A stretch of 64,000 bases of DNA from Eledone cirrhosa. Lineage: Eukaryota. Positions within the stretch are counted from its first letter, which is position 1. Each line of letters begins with the position of its first letter. The DNA is taken from NCBI GenBank assembly GCA_964016885.1, contig OZ024763.1, positions 2,666,001 to 2,730,000 on the forward strand. Reading direction: 5' to 3'. The translations under genes were made by a program, and so were the position numbers. The notes below the pieces were generated by a model, which did no database searches, was not told the origin of the DNA, and saw only the letters and a list, made by a program, of their open reading frames with translations. Shown here piece by piece: positions 1 through 14,765 of this stretch.

Positions 1-1255
1 TCTTGTCCGTCTCTCTGTCTACCCTTCTTGTCCGTCTCTCTGTCTACCCTTCCACCTTTCTTGTCCGCCTCTCTGTCTACCTGTTTACACTTTCACTTTT
101 CTTGTCTGTCTGTCTGTCTACCTATCTATCTAAGGGGTACAAACTCTTCGTACTCCTGGAGATGAGGGTTGCACATTTTTTCGGGGGTATGTGTTACCCA
201 TATGAACTGTCTCCCCCTATTGGGGAAAATCGATTAACTTTTAAATTGCATTTGTGATAATATTTTACACATTTTTATTGTATGTAAACTTCCCCCTTTG
301 TATTTGTCCCCTTCTTTTGTGCCCCTGTGGCTAATAAAGAAACATATCTATCTGTCTGTCTGTCTGTCTGACTGTATCAGTCTGTCTGTCTGTCTGGTTC
401 TGGATTCAAACTTGATACCGCCTAATTTTCCTTTATTTACTTGAACTGACTTTCGGAGTTGTTGTTGTTGTTGCTGTTGTTGTTGTTTTAATTATGTCTG
501 ATGTTCTCGCATCTTAAACAACAACATGAGAAACAATACTGAATAAAACATCGATACCCCCACCCCCACCACGATATGAGTAGCCCTGGGGACAAGGTTG
601 GACAAGGTGTGAGAAGGGTCTCTGGCATGGAAACCCCAGGTGCATGTTGCCTCGTGGTTCCAGTGGAGGACAGGGTAGAGAAAGCTCTACACTGGAGGAT
701 AGCGAGGGAGACATGTTGAAATAGTCATTTCAATCCAACTTGTGGGGTACATTGCTGTGAGGGACCAACTCTCCTTTCCTCCTCTTGTAAGGGCAGTGTG
801 TAGGGATACATTGCTGTGGTGGTGGTGGTGGGGGGGGGGCAACTCTCCCTTCCTCTCTCAAGGGGAATGAGTAGGGAGTTGATCTGAGGGAGGGGCAACT
901 CTCCCCTCCCTCCCTCACTCCTCCAGCCAGGGCACTGAGTGGGGAGTTGATCTGGGGTTCAAGAACACCAGAGGTTTCTACAGATTTCACAAGAACTCAA
1001 TTCTCTTCCTGGGGCTCACTCCTGCAGGTGACCAACTCCATCCCTGTTAGCAAATCTGGGAAGAGGGGTTTCAGGGACCCCAAACCCCCAGAACTTTCTA
1101 CCACTACATGTTCAACTACCAAAAGTTACTTATCTAAGCTCTTCTTGGTAAATTTTTACCGTCTACACATCTCAATTTCAAGGTGAAACTTTCAAATGTG
1201 GTCAACTGAACTCCTAGACATAACAGTCAAATACCCCCTCAAAAAATCACACCTT

Positions 1256-2000
1256 GCTTCCTTTTCTTCTTCTTCTTCTTCTTCTTCTTCTTCTTTTTCT
1301 TCTTTTTCTTCTTCTTCTTTTTCTTCTTTTTCTTCTTCTTTTTCTTCTTTTTCTTCTTCTTTTTCTTCTTTTTCTTCCTTTTCTTCTTCTTTTTCTTCTT
1401 CCTTTTCTTCCTTTTCTTCCTTTTCTTCCTTTCTTCTTCTTCCTTTCTTCTTCTTCCTTTTCTTCTTTTTCTTCCTTTTCTTCTTCTTCTTCTTCTTCTT
1501 CTTCTTTTTCTTCTTCTTTTTCTTCTTCTTCTTTTCTTTTTCTTCTTCTTTTTCTTCTTTTTCTTCCTTTTCTTCTTCTTCTTTTTCTTCTTCCTTTTCT
1601 TCCTTTTCTTCCTTTCTTCTTCTTCCTTTCTTCTTCCTTTTCTTCTTTTTCTTCTTTTTCTTCTTTTTCTTCTTTTTCTTCTTCCTTTTCTTCCTTTTCT
1701 TCCTTTCTTCTTCTTCCTTTCTTCTTCCTTTTCTTCTTTTTCTTCTTCTTCTTCTTCCTTTTCTTCCTTTTCTTCCTTTCTTCTTCTTCCTTTCTTCTTC
1801 CTTTTCTTCTTTTTCTTCTTCTTTTTCTTCTTCCTTTTCTTCCTTTTCTTCCTTTCTTCTTCCTTTCTTCTTCCTTTTCTTCTTTTTCTTCTTCTTCTTT
1901 TTCTTCTTCCTTTTCTTCCTTTCTTCTTCTTCCTTTCTTCTTCTTCCTTTTCTTCTTTTTCTTTTTTTTCTTCTTCCTTTTCTTCTTCTTCTTCTCCTTC
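1256..2000. repeat. Polypyrimidine (TTC/TTTTC/TTCC)n tract
   Basis: About 745 bp containing only C and T on the plus strand. Confidence 0.95.
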
Positions 2001-2071
2001 TATTTATTCCTGAGAGAAAGAATGTTATCCTGATAGGGGTCTTAACTCTCTGCCTTTCACCATCTCTGACA

Positions 2072-2285
2072 CTTCTTCTTCTTCCTTGCCCACTTCTTCC
2101 TGAGAGGGTCATGTGAGGGGCCAGAGTCCTCAAACACTCCTTCCAGCGGGTCCTGTCAAAACCAACCAACTCCAACTAATCTGGTTGAATCCCCAAACAA
2201 GACCAGCCAAGTTCATGGATGTTATCCAACCATTTTGCTTGGGGGGTCTCCCCCTGGGTCTCCCCCTGGTTGGTTTTGCCCCCCA
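2072..2285 (-). mobile_element. RTE 3'-end fragment (family of 27240), frameshifted
   Basis: Minus strand peptide PTRGRPRGRP / WLDNIHELGWSCLGIQPD*LELVGFDRTRWKECL, with tail gaagaagaagaag. Confidence 0.7.
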
Positions 2286-2469
2286 TTCTAACCCCCTTGC
2301 TGTTTTACAAAATGAAAAAAAAAAATGAAAAAAAAACAACAGCACATTAGATAATGTGGTTCTGGTTTACTGGCTAGGAGGAGATGGTCATATCTGGATT
2401 GCTTCTAATTATAGGGTTATTTTAATTATGGCTGATCTAGGGTTAAATGACATCACTCACACACACACA

Positions 2470-2567
2470 CACTCCCTCTCTCTCTCTCTCTCTCTCCCTA
2501 CCTTACACTCCCTCCCTCTTTATCTCTATATATCTCTCTCTCCCTACCTTACACTCCCCCCTCTTTT

Positions 2568-2598
<31 letters not shown>

Positions 2599-3080
2599 AC
2601 CTTACACTCCCTCCCTCTTTATCTCTATATCTCTCTCTCTCTCTCTCTCTCCCTACCTTACACTCCCCCCCTCTGTATCTCTATCTCTCTCTCTCTCTCT
2701 CTCCCTACCTTACACTCCCCCCCTCTGTATCTCTATATCTCTCTCTCTCTCTCTCTCTCTCTCCCTACCTTACACTCCCTCCCTCTTTATCTCTATATAT
2801 CTCTCTCTCCCTACCTTACACTCCCCCCCTCTTTTTCTCTATATCTCTCTCTCTCTCTCTCTCCCTACCTTACACTCCCCCCCTCTGTATCTCTATATCT
2901 CTCTCTCTCTCTCTCTCTCTCCCTACCTTACACTCCCCCCCTCTATATCTCTCTCTCTCTCTCTCTCTCTCTCCCTACCTTACACTCCCTCCCTCTTTAT
3001 CTCTATATATCTCTCTCTCTCTCTCTCTCTCTCCCTACCTTACACTCCCTCCCTCTTTATCTCTATATATCTCTCTCTCT
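2470..3080. repeat. (CT)n-based minisatellite
   Basis: Recurring ccctaccttacactccc units separated by (CT)n. Confidence 0.85.
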
Positions 3081-3167
3081 GTCCCTTACAGGTCACATAC
3101 CTTTCACTTCCTCTTCCCCTTTTACTTTTCCTTTAAAGACATACATATGTTTGACAAGTATGTGTGA

Positions 3168-3210
<43 letters not shown>

Positions 3211-3953
3211 CATATATACATAATTATGTGTTGAGACTTAGGTATGTAATAGGACATGTATGTATGTTCCCACACTACATACACATATTTGTTGTGTATA
3301 TATATATATTATGTATCTATATATTGTGTATATATATATTATGTGTATATATATATTATGTGTATATATTTATATATATTATGTGTATATATATATATTA
3401 TGTGTATATATATATATATATTATGTGTATATATATATTATGTGTATATATATATATATTGTATGTATATATTACCCCGTCTAACCCATGCTAGCGTGGA
3501 AGAACGGACGTAAAACGGTGATGATGATGATGATGATATATATATGTATGTGTATATATATTTTTATGTATGTAAATATATATATATATATATGTATATT
3601 TATTAAAATAACAGATTAAAGTTTAAGCAAAGAATCGCTGCTTTCACCCTCGACGGGATCTTCTGAAACTAAAAAAGTCAATCTGTGAACGCAGAAGTAA
3701 ATATTTCAAAAAACGTTGCAACCGAAGGAAGACAGGAAGACGATACTTTGGTTCGTGGAAACGTTCCCTGGCAAAGAACGGGAAAAAACGAATATAATAC
3801 GTCATTATTTGGATGTATTATGTATATACATATATATATATATATATATATACACATACACACACACACGGTCACCCAATCAATCTTGCCTCAAGTGGGA
3901 CAATTCCCGTCTAACCCATGCTAGTGTGAAAGAGAGACGTTAAACAATGATGA

Positions 3954-3990
<37 letters not shown>

Positions 3991-4009
3991 CAGAAAGCGA
4001 AAATGAGGG

Positions 4010-4053
<44 letters not shown>

Positions 4054-4098
4054 CACAGAAAAAAAGAGAATCAGTGTTGCGAAGAGTGGAATTTATTA

Positions 4099-4194
4099 GA
4101 CATATTACAATCGTTTCTCTGGCAACCAGATCGAGGCACGATCGATGTGATGATCAAACCTGACTCTGAAAATCGCAAGGTCCTCAGATACGTC
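4099..4194 (-). ncRNA. Type I hammerhead ribozyme motif (long stem II)
   Basis: Minus strand reads GACGTAT-CTGAGGA-[~63 nt stem II]-GAAAC-GATT-GTA-ATATGTC. Stem I is 7 bp (one G.U) and the cleavage triplet is GUA. Confidence 0.75.
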
Positions 4195-4272
4195 TTGATT
4201 CTACGAAGCAGATTTTCCTATGTCCTTTTACCTTTATATATATGAGAGAGAGAAAGCAAAAGTGAGAGGGAT

Positions 4273-4327
<55 letters not shown>

Positions 4328-4329
<2 letters not shown>

Positions 4330-4555
4330 ATGATATTAAATAAATGGAAACTATATTTATAAAACCATATTTATTCTATTATATATATTTCAAGGGTACA
4401 AGCGTACCCTTGAAAAATATATAATAGAATAAATATGGTTTCCATTATATTTAATATCATCGAATATTTACTCCAGTAAACTGTTGAGTGCTCTAAATCA
4501 GTTATAAACATTTATATTTGTCGGACTTCCAACAAATTAAATACCCCTTCTACTT
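4328..4555 (+). mobile_element. Truncated relative of the 52879 element with a shorter fold-back
   Basis: Shares atattaaataaatggaaa-ctatatttataaaaccatat and tcagttataaa with the 52879 element. Palindrome ~4328-4461 centred on aagggtac-aagc-gtaccctt, TTGAGTGC at 4484, TA flanks. Confidence 0.6.
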
Positions 4556-5069
4556 ATATATATATATATATCACATTTGGGGACCATCTGGTATCAATAT
4601 AACATCATAATGGCAGGCTGTCCTTGAATCAAATTTTCTATTTCTATCTTCTACGTATTTTTTCACCAGCTCCTATCTTCCATTCTCTGATTGGGTTCAA
4701 CGAAATCCTGTTCCATAATTCTGTAGATAACACCTGATGAGATCACCTCAGTCTTACATCATAATTAGATAATGGAGCTTGGTCCTCAAAATATGTATAC
4801 TGCTTTCGCGGAATTAAATTCTAAAGTAAATTTTCCAGTTTGGGCTTTCTGTTGTTCTGTTGTTGTTTTAATGTGTGTGTGTGTATAGGGTTTTGCCTAC
4901 CGCAATTTTCAATTTCAAGCGTATGTTATTACTCTAAGGACCCTTATTGAGTGCTTCGCTACTCATTCCTTATTGTAGGTCGACTTTGCTTGGACACAGC
5001 CAAAGCTTCGATTTTAATAATGTATATATATATATATATGTATGTATATATGTATGTTAAGTATATATA

Positions 5070-5345
5070 TCATCATCATCATCATCATCATCGTTTAACG
5101 TCCCTGTTCCACGCTCGCATGGGTTTGGACGGGGGTTTTCCCACTTGAGGCAAGAGTGATTGTCTTGCTCGCATAGGACTGTCTGGCGGGTTTTCTACAG
5201 CTGGATGCCCTTCCTAACACCAACCACATTTACAGTGTGGGGCTGGGAGGTTTTTACCGTGTTGCCTACACGGCCACATTACAGCGTGGACTGTGTGTTT
5301 TTTTGTCGTGACACCTACACGACCTCATTTGTTTCGGCCTGGATG
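5070..5345 (-). mobile_element. Truncated RTE 3' UTR / SINE-like fragment (others ~19035-19233 +, 19655-19775 -, 56918-57087 -, 58648-58833 -, 3868-3956 +, 3474-3535 +)
   Basis: Near-identical to 50835-51110. Confidence 0.8.
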
Positions 5346-5349
5346 TTGT

Positions 5350-8420
<3,071 letters not shown>

Positions 8421-8775
8421 CCATTTGCTCATTAGTAAATTAGATAGGTGGTTCAGTGTAAGAAATTAAGACAATTAAGAATTATTTTCATGGCCCACAT
8501 TGGAAAATGGTTTCTATTTTTTGTTTTTGTTTCATCTTCTGTTGTTGTTAGGTTCAATTTATCCTGCTATCACACAAAACTGTTTATTTTAAAGTGTTTA
8601 TATTTATCTAAAAACCTCCCATCATAATTTTATATAAGAACCTTTATGAAGTTATGTTCCAAACACCCCTGGTTCTATCACACAACACTGTTTTAAAGTG
8701 TTTATATTTATTTAAAAACCACCCATGATAATTATATGTAACAACATTTGTTAAGTTATGTTCCAAACACCAACA

Positions 8776-9495
8776 ATGTCTTTCATTAGAAATATGGTAA
8801 TGAAGGGTTAATGACATAGGTAGTGTCTTTCATTAGAAATACGGTAATGAAAGGGTTAATGGCATAGACAGTGTCTTTCATTAGAAATATGGTAATGAAG
8901 GGTTAATGACATAGGTAGTGTCTTTCATTAGAAATATTGTAATGAAAGGGTTAAAGACATAGACAGTGTCTTTCATTAGAAATATGGTAATAAAAGGGTT
9001 AATGACATAGACAGTGTCTTTCATTAGAAATATGGTAATGAAGGGTTAATGACATAGGTAGTGTCTTTCATTAGAAATATTGTAATGAAAGGGTTAAAGA
9101 CATAGACAGTGTCTTTCATTAGAAATACGGTAATGAAGGGTTAATGACATAGGTAGTGTCTTTCATTAGAAATACGGTAATGAAAGAGTTAATGACATAG
9201 ACAGTGTCTTTCATTAGAAATATGGTAATGAAAGGGTTAATGACATAGACAGTGTCATTCATTAGAAATATGGTAATGAAAGGGTTAATGGCATAGACAG
9301 TGTCTTTCATTAGAAATATGGTAATAAAAGGGTTAATGACATAGACAGTGTCTTTCATTAGAAATATTGTAATGAAAGGGTTAAAGACATAGACAGTGTC
9401 TTTCATTAGAAATATGGTAGTGAAAGGGTTAAAGACATAGACAGTGTCTTTCATTAGAAATACGGTAATGAAGGGTTAATGACATAGACAGTGGT
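8776..9495. repeat. ~48-bp minisatellite, ~15 copies
   Basis: (gtgtctttcattagaaatatggtaatgaaagggttaatgacatagaca)n. Confidence 0.9.
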
Positions 9496-9516
9496 AATGA
9501 GAACGTATTATTGCTT

Positions 9517-9696
9517 TGGCAGTATCGGTAGAGGGTCGGACGCCATGCTTTCCAGCATAGTTACGTCCCTTTACGATCTGAGTTCAAATCCCGCCGAGGT
9601 TGACTTTGCCTTTCATCCTTACGGGGTCGATAAAATAAAGTACCAGTAATGCACTGGGTGATTGCTGGCCTTGTGCCATAAGTAGAAACAATTATT
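9517..9696 (+). mobile_element. Second SINE family copy
   Basis: Matches the 13310 family from tggcagtatcggtagag to agtagaaacaattatt. Confidence 0.8.
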
Positions 9697-10229
9697 GCTA
9701 AATACTTCCAAATTATTTTCAAAATTATTTGGACAACCCAGAAATAAAAGTTTAATAATGAGATATATTACTAAATACCTCCAAATATGTTGATGGAATG
9801 GTGATATTATAATGTTTTTGTTTTGTCTAAGAATTAAGATAATGATGTATGCTATCATGTGACAGTGCCTCTCCCATCAATGTTTGTAATGTCCAATAAA
9901 GACTGCAACATTTTTTTCGTTGGGGGTTATTAGGATAGTGTGTTAAATACCGCGTAAATATTTATTCTGGTTTGCTGTAATCTGAGTTCAAATCCTGCCA
10001 AAGCCCTATTTACCTCTTCCATCTATGTCTGTATATGTCCAACAAAGATGGCAACCTTTTGGGGGTTTGTTATGATAGTGAGTTAAATACCTCGTAAATA
10101 TTTATTCTGTCTTGTGACAATCAGAGTTCAAATCCTGCTACGGTTATCTTTGTCTTTTGATAAATGAAGGGCCAATCTAAAGCAGTGAAATAGTAGACTT
10201 GTTAGTGTCGGATGATGCAATGCCTTGCA

Positions 10230-11453
10230 CCTTTACCATTTACATTACTCTATATATACTATTGTATTGTCACAGTAAAGGCTTTACCTCACATAATATC
10301 TCACATAACATTTACATTACTCTATATATACTATTGTATTTTCATGGTAAAGGCTTTACCTCACATAATATCTCACATAACATTTACATTACTCTATATA
10401 TACTATTGTATTGTCACAGTAAAGGCTTTACCTCACATAATATCTCATAACATTTACATTACTCTATATATACTATTGTATTTTCACAGTAAAGGTTTTA
10501 CCTTACATAATATCTCACATAACATTTACATTACTCTATATATACTATTGTATTTTCACAGTAAAGGCTTTACCTCACATAATATCTCACATAACATTTA
10601 CATTACTCTATATATACTATTGTATTTTCACAGTAAAGGCTTTACCTCACATAATATCTCACATAACATTTACATTACTCTATATATACTATTGTATTTT
10701 CATGGTAAAGGCTTTACCTCACATAATATCTCACATAACATTTACATTACTCTATATATACTATTGTATTTTCACAGTAAAGGCTTTACCTCACATAATA
10801 TCTCACATAACATTTACATTACACTATATATACTATTGTATTTTCACAGTAAAGGCTTTACCTCACATAATATCTCACATAACATTTACATTACTCTATA
10901 TATACTATTGTATTTTCACAGTAAAGGCTTTACCTCACATAATATCTCACATAACATTCACATTACTCTATATATACTATTGTATTTTCACAGTAAAGGC
11001 TTTACCTCACATAATATCTCACATAATATCTCACATAACATTTACATTACTCTATATTTACTATTATATTTTCACAGTAAAGGCTTTACCTCACATAATA
11101 TCTCACATAACATTTACATTACTCTATATTTACTATTGTATTTTCACAGTAAAGGCTTTACCTCACATAATATCTCACATAACATTTACATTACTCTATA
11201 TATACTATTGTATTTTCATGGTAAAGGCTTTACCTCACATAATATCTCACATAACATTTACATTACACTATATATACTATTGTATTTTCACAGTAAAGGC
11301 TTTACCTAACAATATGAAAATCTATGAGATTTTGATATTATTTATTTTGAGAACAATACCCTAACATCAGTATGAGTGGCCAGTTACGGCTGGTTTGAAC
11401 AGAAAGAGGTGAGAGAATTCTGACCAGACATGGTTGGTTTAGTTGCTAAAGGG
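10230..11453 (+). mobile_element. Same TTAA-type MITE with ~15 copies of the 72-bp unit
   Basis: (catttacattactctatatatactattgtattttcacagtaaaggctttacctcacataatatctcacataa)n, then the MITE body and gctaaaggg-TTAA at 11454. Confidence 0.75.
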
Positions 11454-11774
11454 TTAAGTATTTCCTTTGGCTCTTTGTGCTACAATCTGAGTTCAAATCC
11501 TGCTATGGTGTGGCTGTGGGGGGTGCTGGCAGAGAGTTGGGTGGTAGTGGTTGGGGGGGGGGGGTAATATAGTGGTGGTGGTGGTGGTGGTTGTGCAGAG
11601 ATAGAGGGTGGTGGTGGTGGCAGTGGTGGTGGAGAGATGAGGAGAGATAGTGGTAGTAGCAACAGAGAAATAGAGGGAGTTTATTGAATAAAAAAATAAA
11701 AAAACAGAGGGGGGGGGGGGGTGATAAAGTTTGGGATGACTCACACAAGGTTGTTGGTAATGAGGAATCTCACT

Positions 11775-12680
11775 GTGGTGGTAGTGTAGTGGTAGTGGTG
11801 GTGGTGGTATGGTGTGGTGTGGTGGTGGTGGTATGGTGTGGTAGTGTGGTGGTGGTGGTGGTATGGTGTGGTGGTGGTGGTGGTATGGTGTGGTGGTGGT
11901 GGTGGTGGTATGGTGTGGTGGTGGTGGTGGTGGTGGTATGGTGTGGTGGTGGTGGTGGTATGGTGTGGTGGTGGTGGTGTGGTGTGGTGGTGGTATGGTG
12001 TGGTGGTGGTGGTATGGTGTGGTAGTGTGGTGGTGGTGGTGGTATGGTGTGGTGGTGGTGGTATGGTGTGGTGGTGGTGGTATGGTGTGGTAGTGTGGTG
12101 GTGGTGGTATGGTGTGGTGGTGGTGGTGGTGGTGGTATGGTGTGGTGGTGGTGGTGGTGGTGTGGTGTGGTGGTGGTATGGTGTGGTGGTGGTGGTATGG
12201 TGTGGTAGTGGTGGTGGTATGGTGTGGTAGTGGTGGTGGTATGGTGTGGTAGTGGTGGTATGGTGTGGTGGTGGTGGTGGTGGGGGTATGGTGTGGTGTG
12301 GCAGTGGTGGTGGTATGGTGTGGTGGTGGTGGTATGGTGTGGTAGTGGTGGTGGAGGTATGGTGTGGTGGTGGTAGTGGTATGGTGTGGTGGTGGTGGTA
12401 TGGTGTGGTAGTGGTGGTGGGGGTATGGTGTGGTGGTGGTGGAGGTATGGTGTGGTAGTGGTGGTGGTATGGTGTGGTGGTGGTGATATGGTGGTGGTAG
12501 TGGTGGTGGAGGTATGGTGTGGTAGTGGTGGTATGGTGTAGTGATTGTGGTGTGGTGGTGGTGGTGGTGTGGTGTGGTGGTGGTGGTGGTGTGGTGGTGG
12601 TGGTGGTACAGGGTGGTGGTGGTGGTGGTATGGTGTAGTGGTGGTGGTGGTGGTGTGGTGTAGTGATGGTGGTGTGGTGT
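11775..12680. repeat. (GGT)n-derived repeat (related CAC/ACC tracts 15570-16080 and 41380-42540; AGT tract 21540-22275)
   Basis: Trinucleotide arrays with recurring interruptions such as atggtgt and aacatt. Confidence 0.95.
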
Positions 12681-12743
12681 TTACAATCAACTGACAACAG
12701 GTGTTGTTTCCTATAATGGTATTTGTGTATGTGTATGCGTGTG

Positions 12744-12778
<35 letters not shown>

Positions 12779-12781
12779 ATG

Positions 12782-12812
<31 letters not shown>

Positions 12813-12820
12813 GTCTGTAT

Positions 12821-13063
12821 ACATACCTGTGAATGTAAGGAAGCATGTATGTATGTGTGTATATATGTGTACATACATACTTGTGAATGTAAGGAAGCAT
12901 GTATGTATGTGTGTATATATGTGTATATACATACCTGTGAATGTAAGGAAGCATGTATGTATGTGTGTATATATGTGTATATACATAGCTGTGAATGTAA
13001 GGAAGCATGTATGTATGTGTGTATATATGTGTACATACATACCTGTGAATGTAAGCAAGCATG
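12821..13063. repeat. 54-bp minisatellite, ~4.5 copies
   Basis: Unit contains tgtgaatgtaaggaagcatgtatgtatgtg. Confidence 0.85.
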
Positions 13064-13219
13064 TCAATAAATATGTAGAGATGTTTATTTAGTATAGAGG
13101 AACAGGCGTGACTTAGTGGGTAAGGGGTTAACTCTGCAGTTCCTCGGTTCAATCCCAGTTACATTTTAACTCCAGTGAAAAAACAGAATAAAAAATGTTT
13201 TCGCAACAATATTTGAATG

Positions 13220-13975
13220 TTATTAATAATAATAATAATGAAATTATTGTGTAAAGTGCTCAGGTGCACTACAACTCGTCAAAGGTGTATGTATAGTACA
13301 TAGAATAATTGTTTCTACTTTAGGCACAAGGCCAGCAAATTACCGAGTGCATTACTGGTACTTTATTTTATCGACCCCGTAAGGATGAAAGGCAAAGTCA
13401 ACCTCGGCGGGATTTGAATTCAGATTGTAAAGGGACGTAACTATGTTGGAAAGCATGGCGTCCGACCCTCTACCGATACTGCCAATCCACCGTATAGTAC
13501 ATAGAATAATACACAAATGTCAGGGAAGTACATGTGTGTATGTGTTAGCTGTAGTGTTGGCGGATCTCGGGAAGCATGGAGGCCTTAAAGGATGCAGTGT
13601 CTCGACAGCTAACAACTGATGTAGCTAGTTTGTTCCATGGAGGCCTTAAAGGATGCAGTGTCTCGACAGCTAACAACTGATGCAGGTAGTTTGTTCCATG
13701 GAGGCCTTAAAGGATGCAGTGTCTCGACAGCTAACAACTGATGCAGGTAGTTTGTTCCATGGAGGCCTTAAAGGATGCAGTGTCTCGACAGCTAACAACT
13801 GATGCAGGTAGTTTGTTCCATGCTTCAGCAACTCTGAGCGTGAAAAAATGTTTCTGAAAGTCATGGGAGCTGTGCTGTTTTCTGACTTTGTAGGCATGGC
13901 CTTGTGTGTTAGACACATGGAAATCAAAAAGGTACTCAGGGTTGTTGTTGGCAACATGGTTTTACACTTGTGTAA
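13220..13975 (-). mobile_element. CR1/L2-group LINE 3' end, interrupted by a SINE, with four 61-bp internal repeats
   Basis: Peptide TQGHAYKVRKQH...KHFFTLRVAEAWNKLPASVVSCRDTASFK is a CR1/L2-type C-terminus. The 3' UTR ends aatttcattattattatt. Confidence 0.85.
13310..13491 (-). mobile_element. Second SINE family (tRNA-like head), inserted in a CR1 3' UTR with a 19-bp TSD
   Basis: TSD gtatagtacatagaataat at 13291-13309 and 13492-13510. A-box-like TGGCAGTATCGG, B box GAATTCAAATCC, body gactttgcctttcatccttacggggtcgataaaataaagtaccag. Confidence 0.85.
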
Positions 13976-14445
13976 GTACCAGTAATGCACTGGGTAATTG
14001 CTGGCCTTGTGCCTAAAGTAGAAACAATTATTTACACTTGTGTAAATAATAACATTCAAATGTGAATTGGCAATAACGGTAGAAGGTTGGACGCTATGCT
14101 TTGATGCATAGAGTTATGACCCTTACCATTCTGAGTTCAAATCCCGCCTAGGTTAACTTTGCCTTTCATTCTTACGGGGTCGATAAAATAAAGTACCAGT
14201 AATGCACTGGGATAATTGCTGGCCTTGTGCCAAAAGTAGAAACAATTATTTACACTGCGATGAAATGGCAGTATCGGTAGAGGAACTGACGCCATGCTTT
14301 GCAGCAAAGAGTTACGCTCCTTTATGGTCTGAGTTCAAATCCCGCCGAGGTTAGCTTTGCCTTTTATCCTTACGGGGGTCGATAAAGTACCAGTAATGCA
14401 CTGGGTAATTGCTGGCCTTGTGCCAGGAAGTAGAAACAATTATTT
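13976..14445 (+). mobile_element. Cluster of three second-family SINE copies
   Basis: A 3' fragment at 13976-14030 (15-bp TSD tttacacttgtgtaa) and copies at ~14066-14250 and ~14265-14445. Confidence 0.8.
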
Positions 14446-14493
14446 ACACTTTAATCCTGGAAAATACAGGAATTTATTAACCCTATAATATGA

Positions 14494-14765
14494 ATGCTAG
14501 GAGCCGAAATGGGATTCCTCCGAAAGGTCTTTGGAGTAATGTTACTCGATAAAGTGCATAGCTTGGAGATCAGAGAGTTGCTCCAGGTAGAGCTGCTACT
14601 TCTACTGTCTCAGGAAAGAATCACTGGACAGATTTATAGCTCGGAGATGAGAGAGTTACTCCAGGTAGAGCTGCTACTTCTCCGAATTGAGAGATCACAG
14701 CTCCGATACTATGGACATGTGGTTAGAATGTCTCAGGAAAGATTTGCTGGACAGATTTTACAGGT
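14494..14765 (+). mobile_element. RTE-clade LINE ORF fragment with internal duplication
   Basis: Peptide AEMGFLRKV-G-MLLDKV-S-EIRE-LQVE-LLLRIERSQLRYYGHVVRM resembles the RTE (Expander/Rex3-like) C-terminal region. Confidence 0.85.

Noticed and set aside
4570-4860. Possible PLE coding remnant
   Set aside because: Minus-strand frames read by eye contain frequent stops and no RT or GIY-YIG motif.
10212-11364. Repeat protein (HNIYITLYILLYFHSKGFTS)n
   Set aside because: It is a 72-bp satellite inside a MITE, with frameshifts, found in both orientations at three loci.
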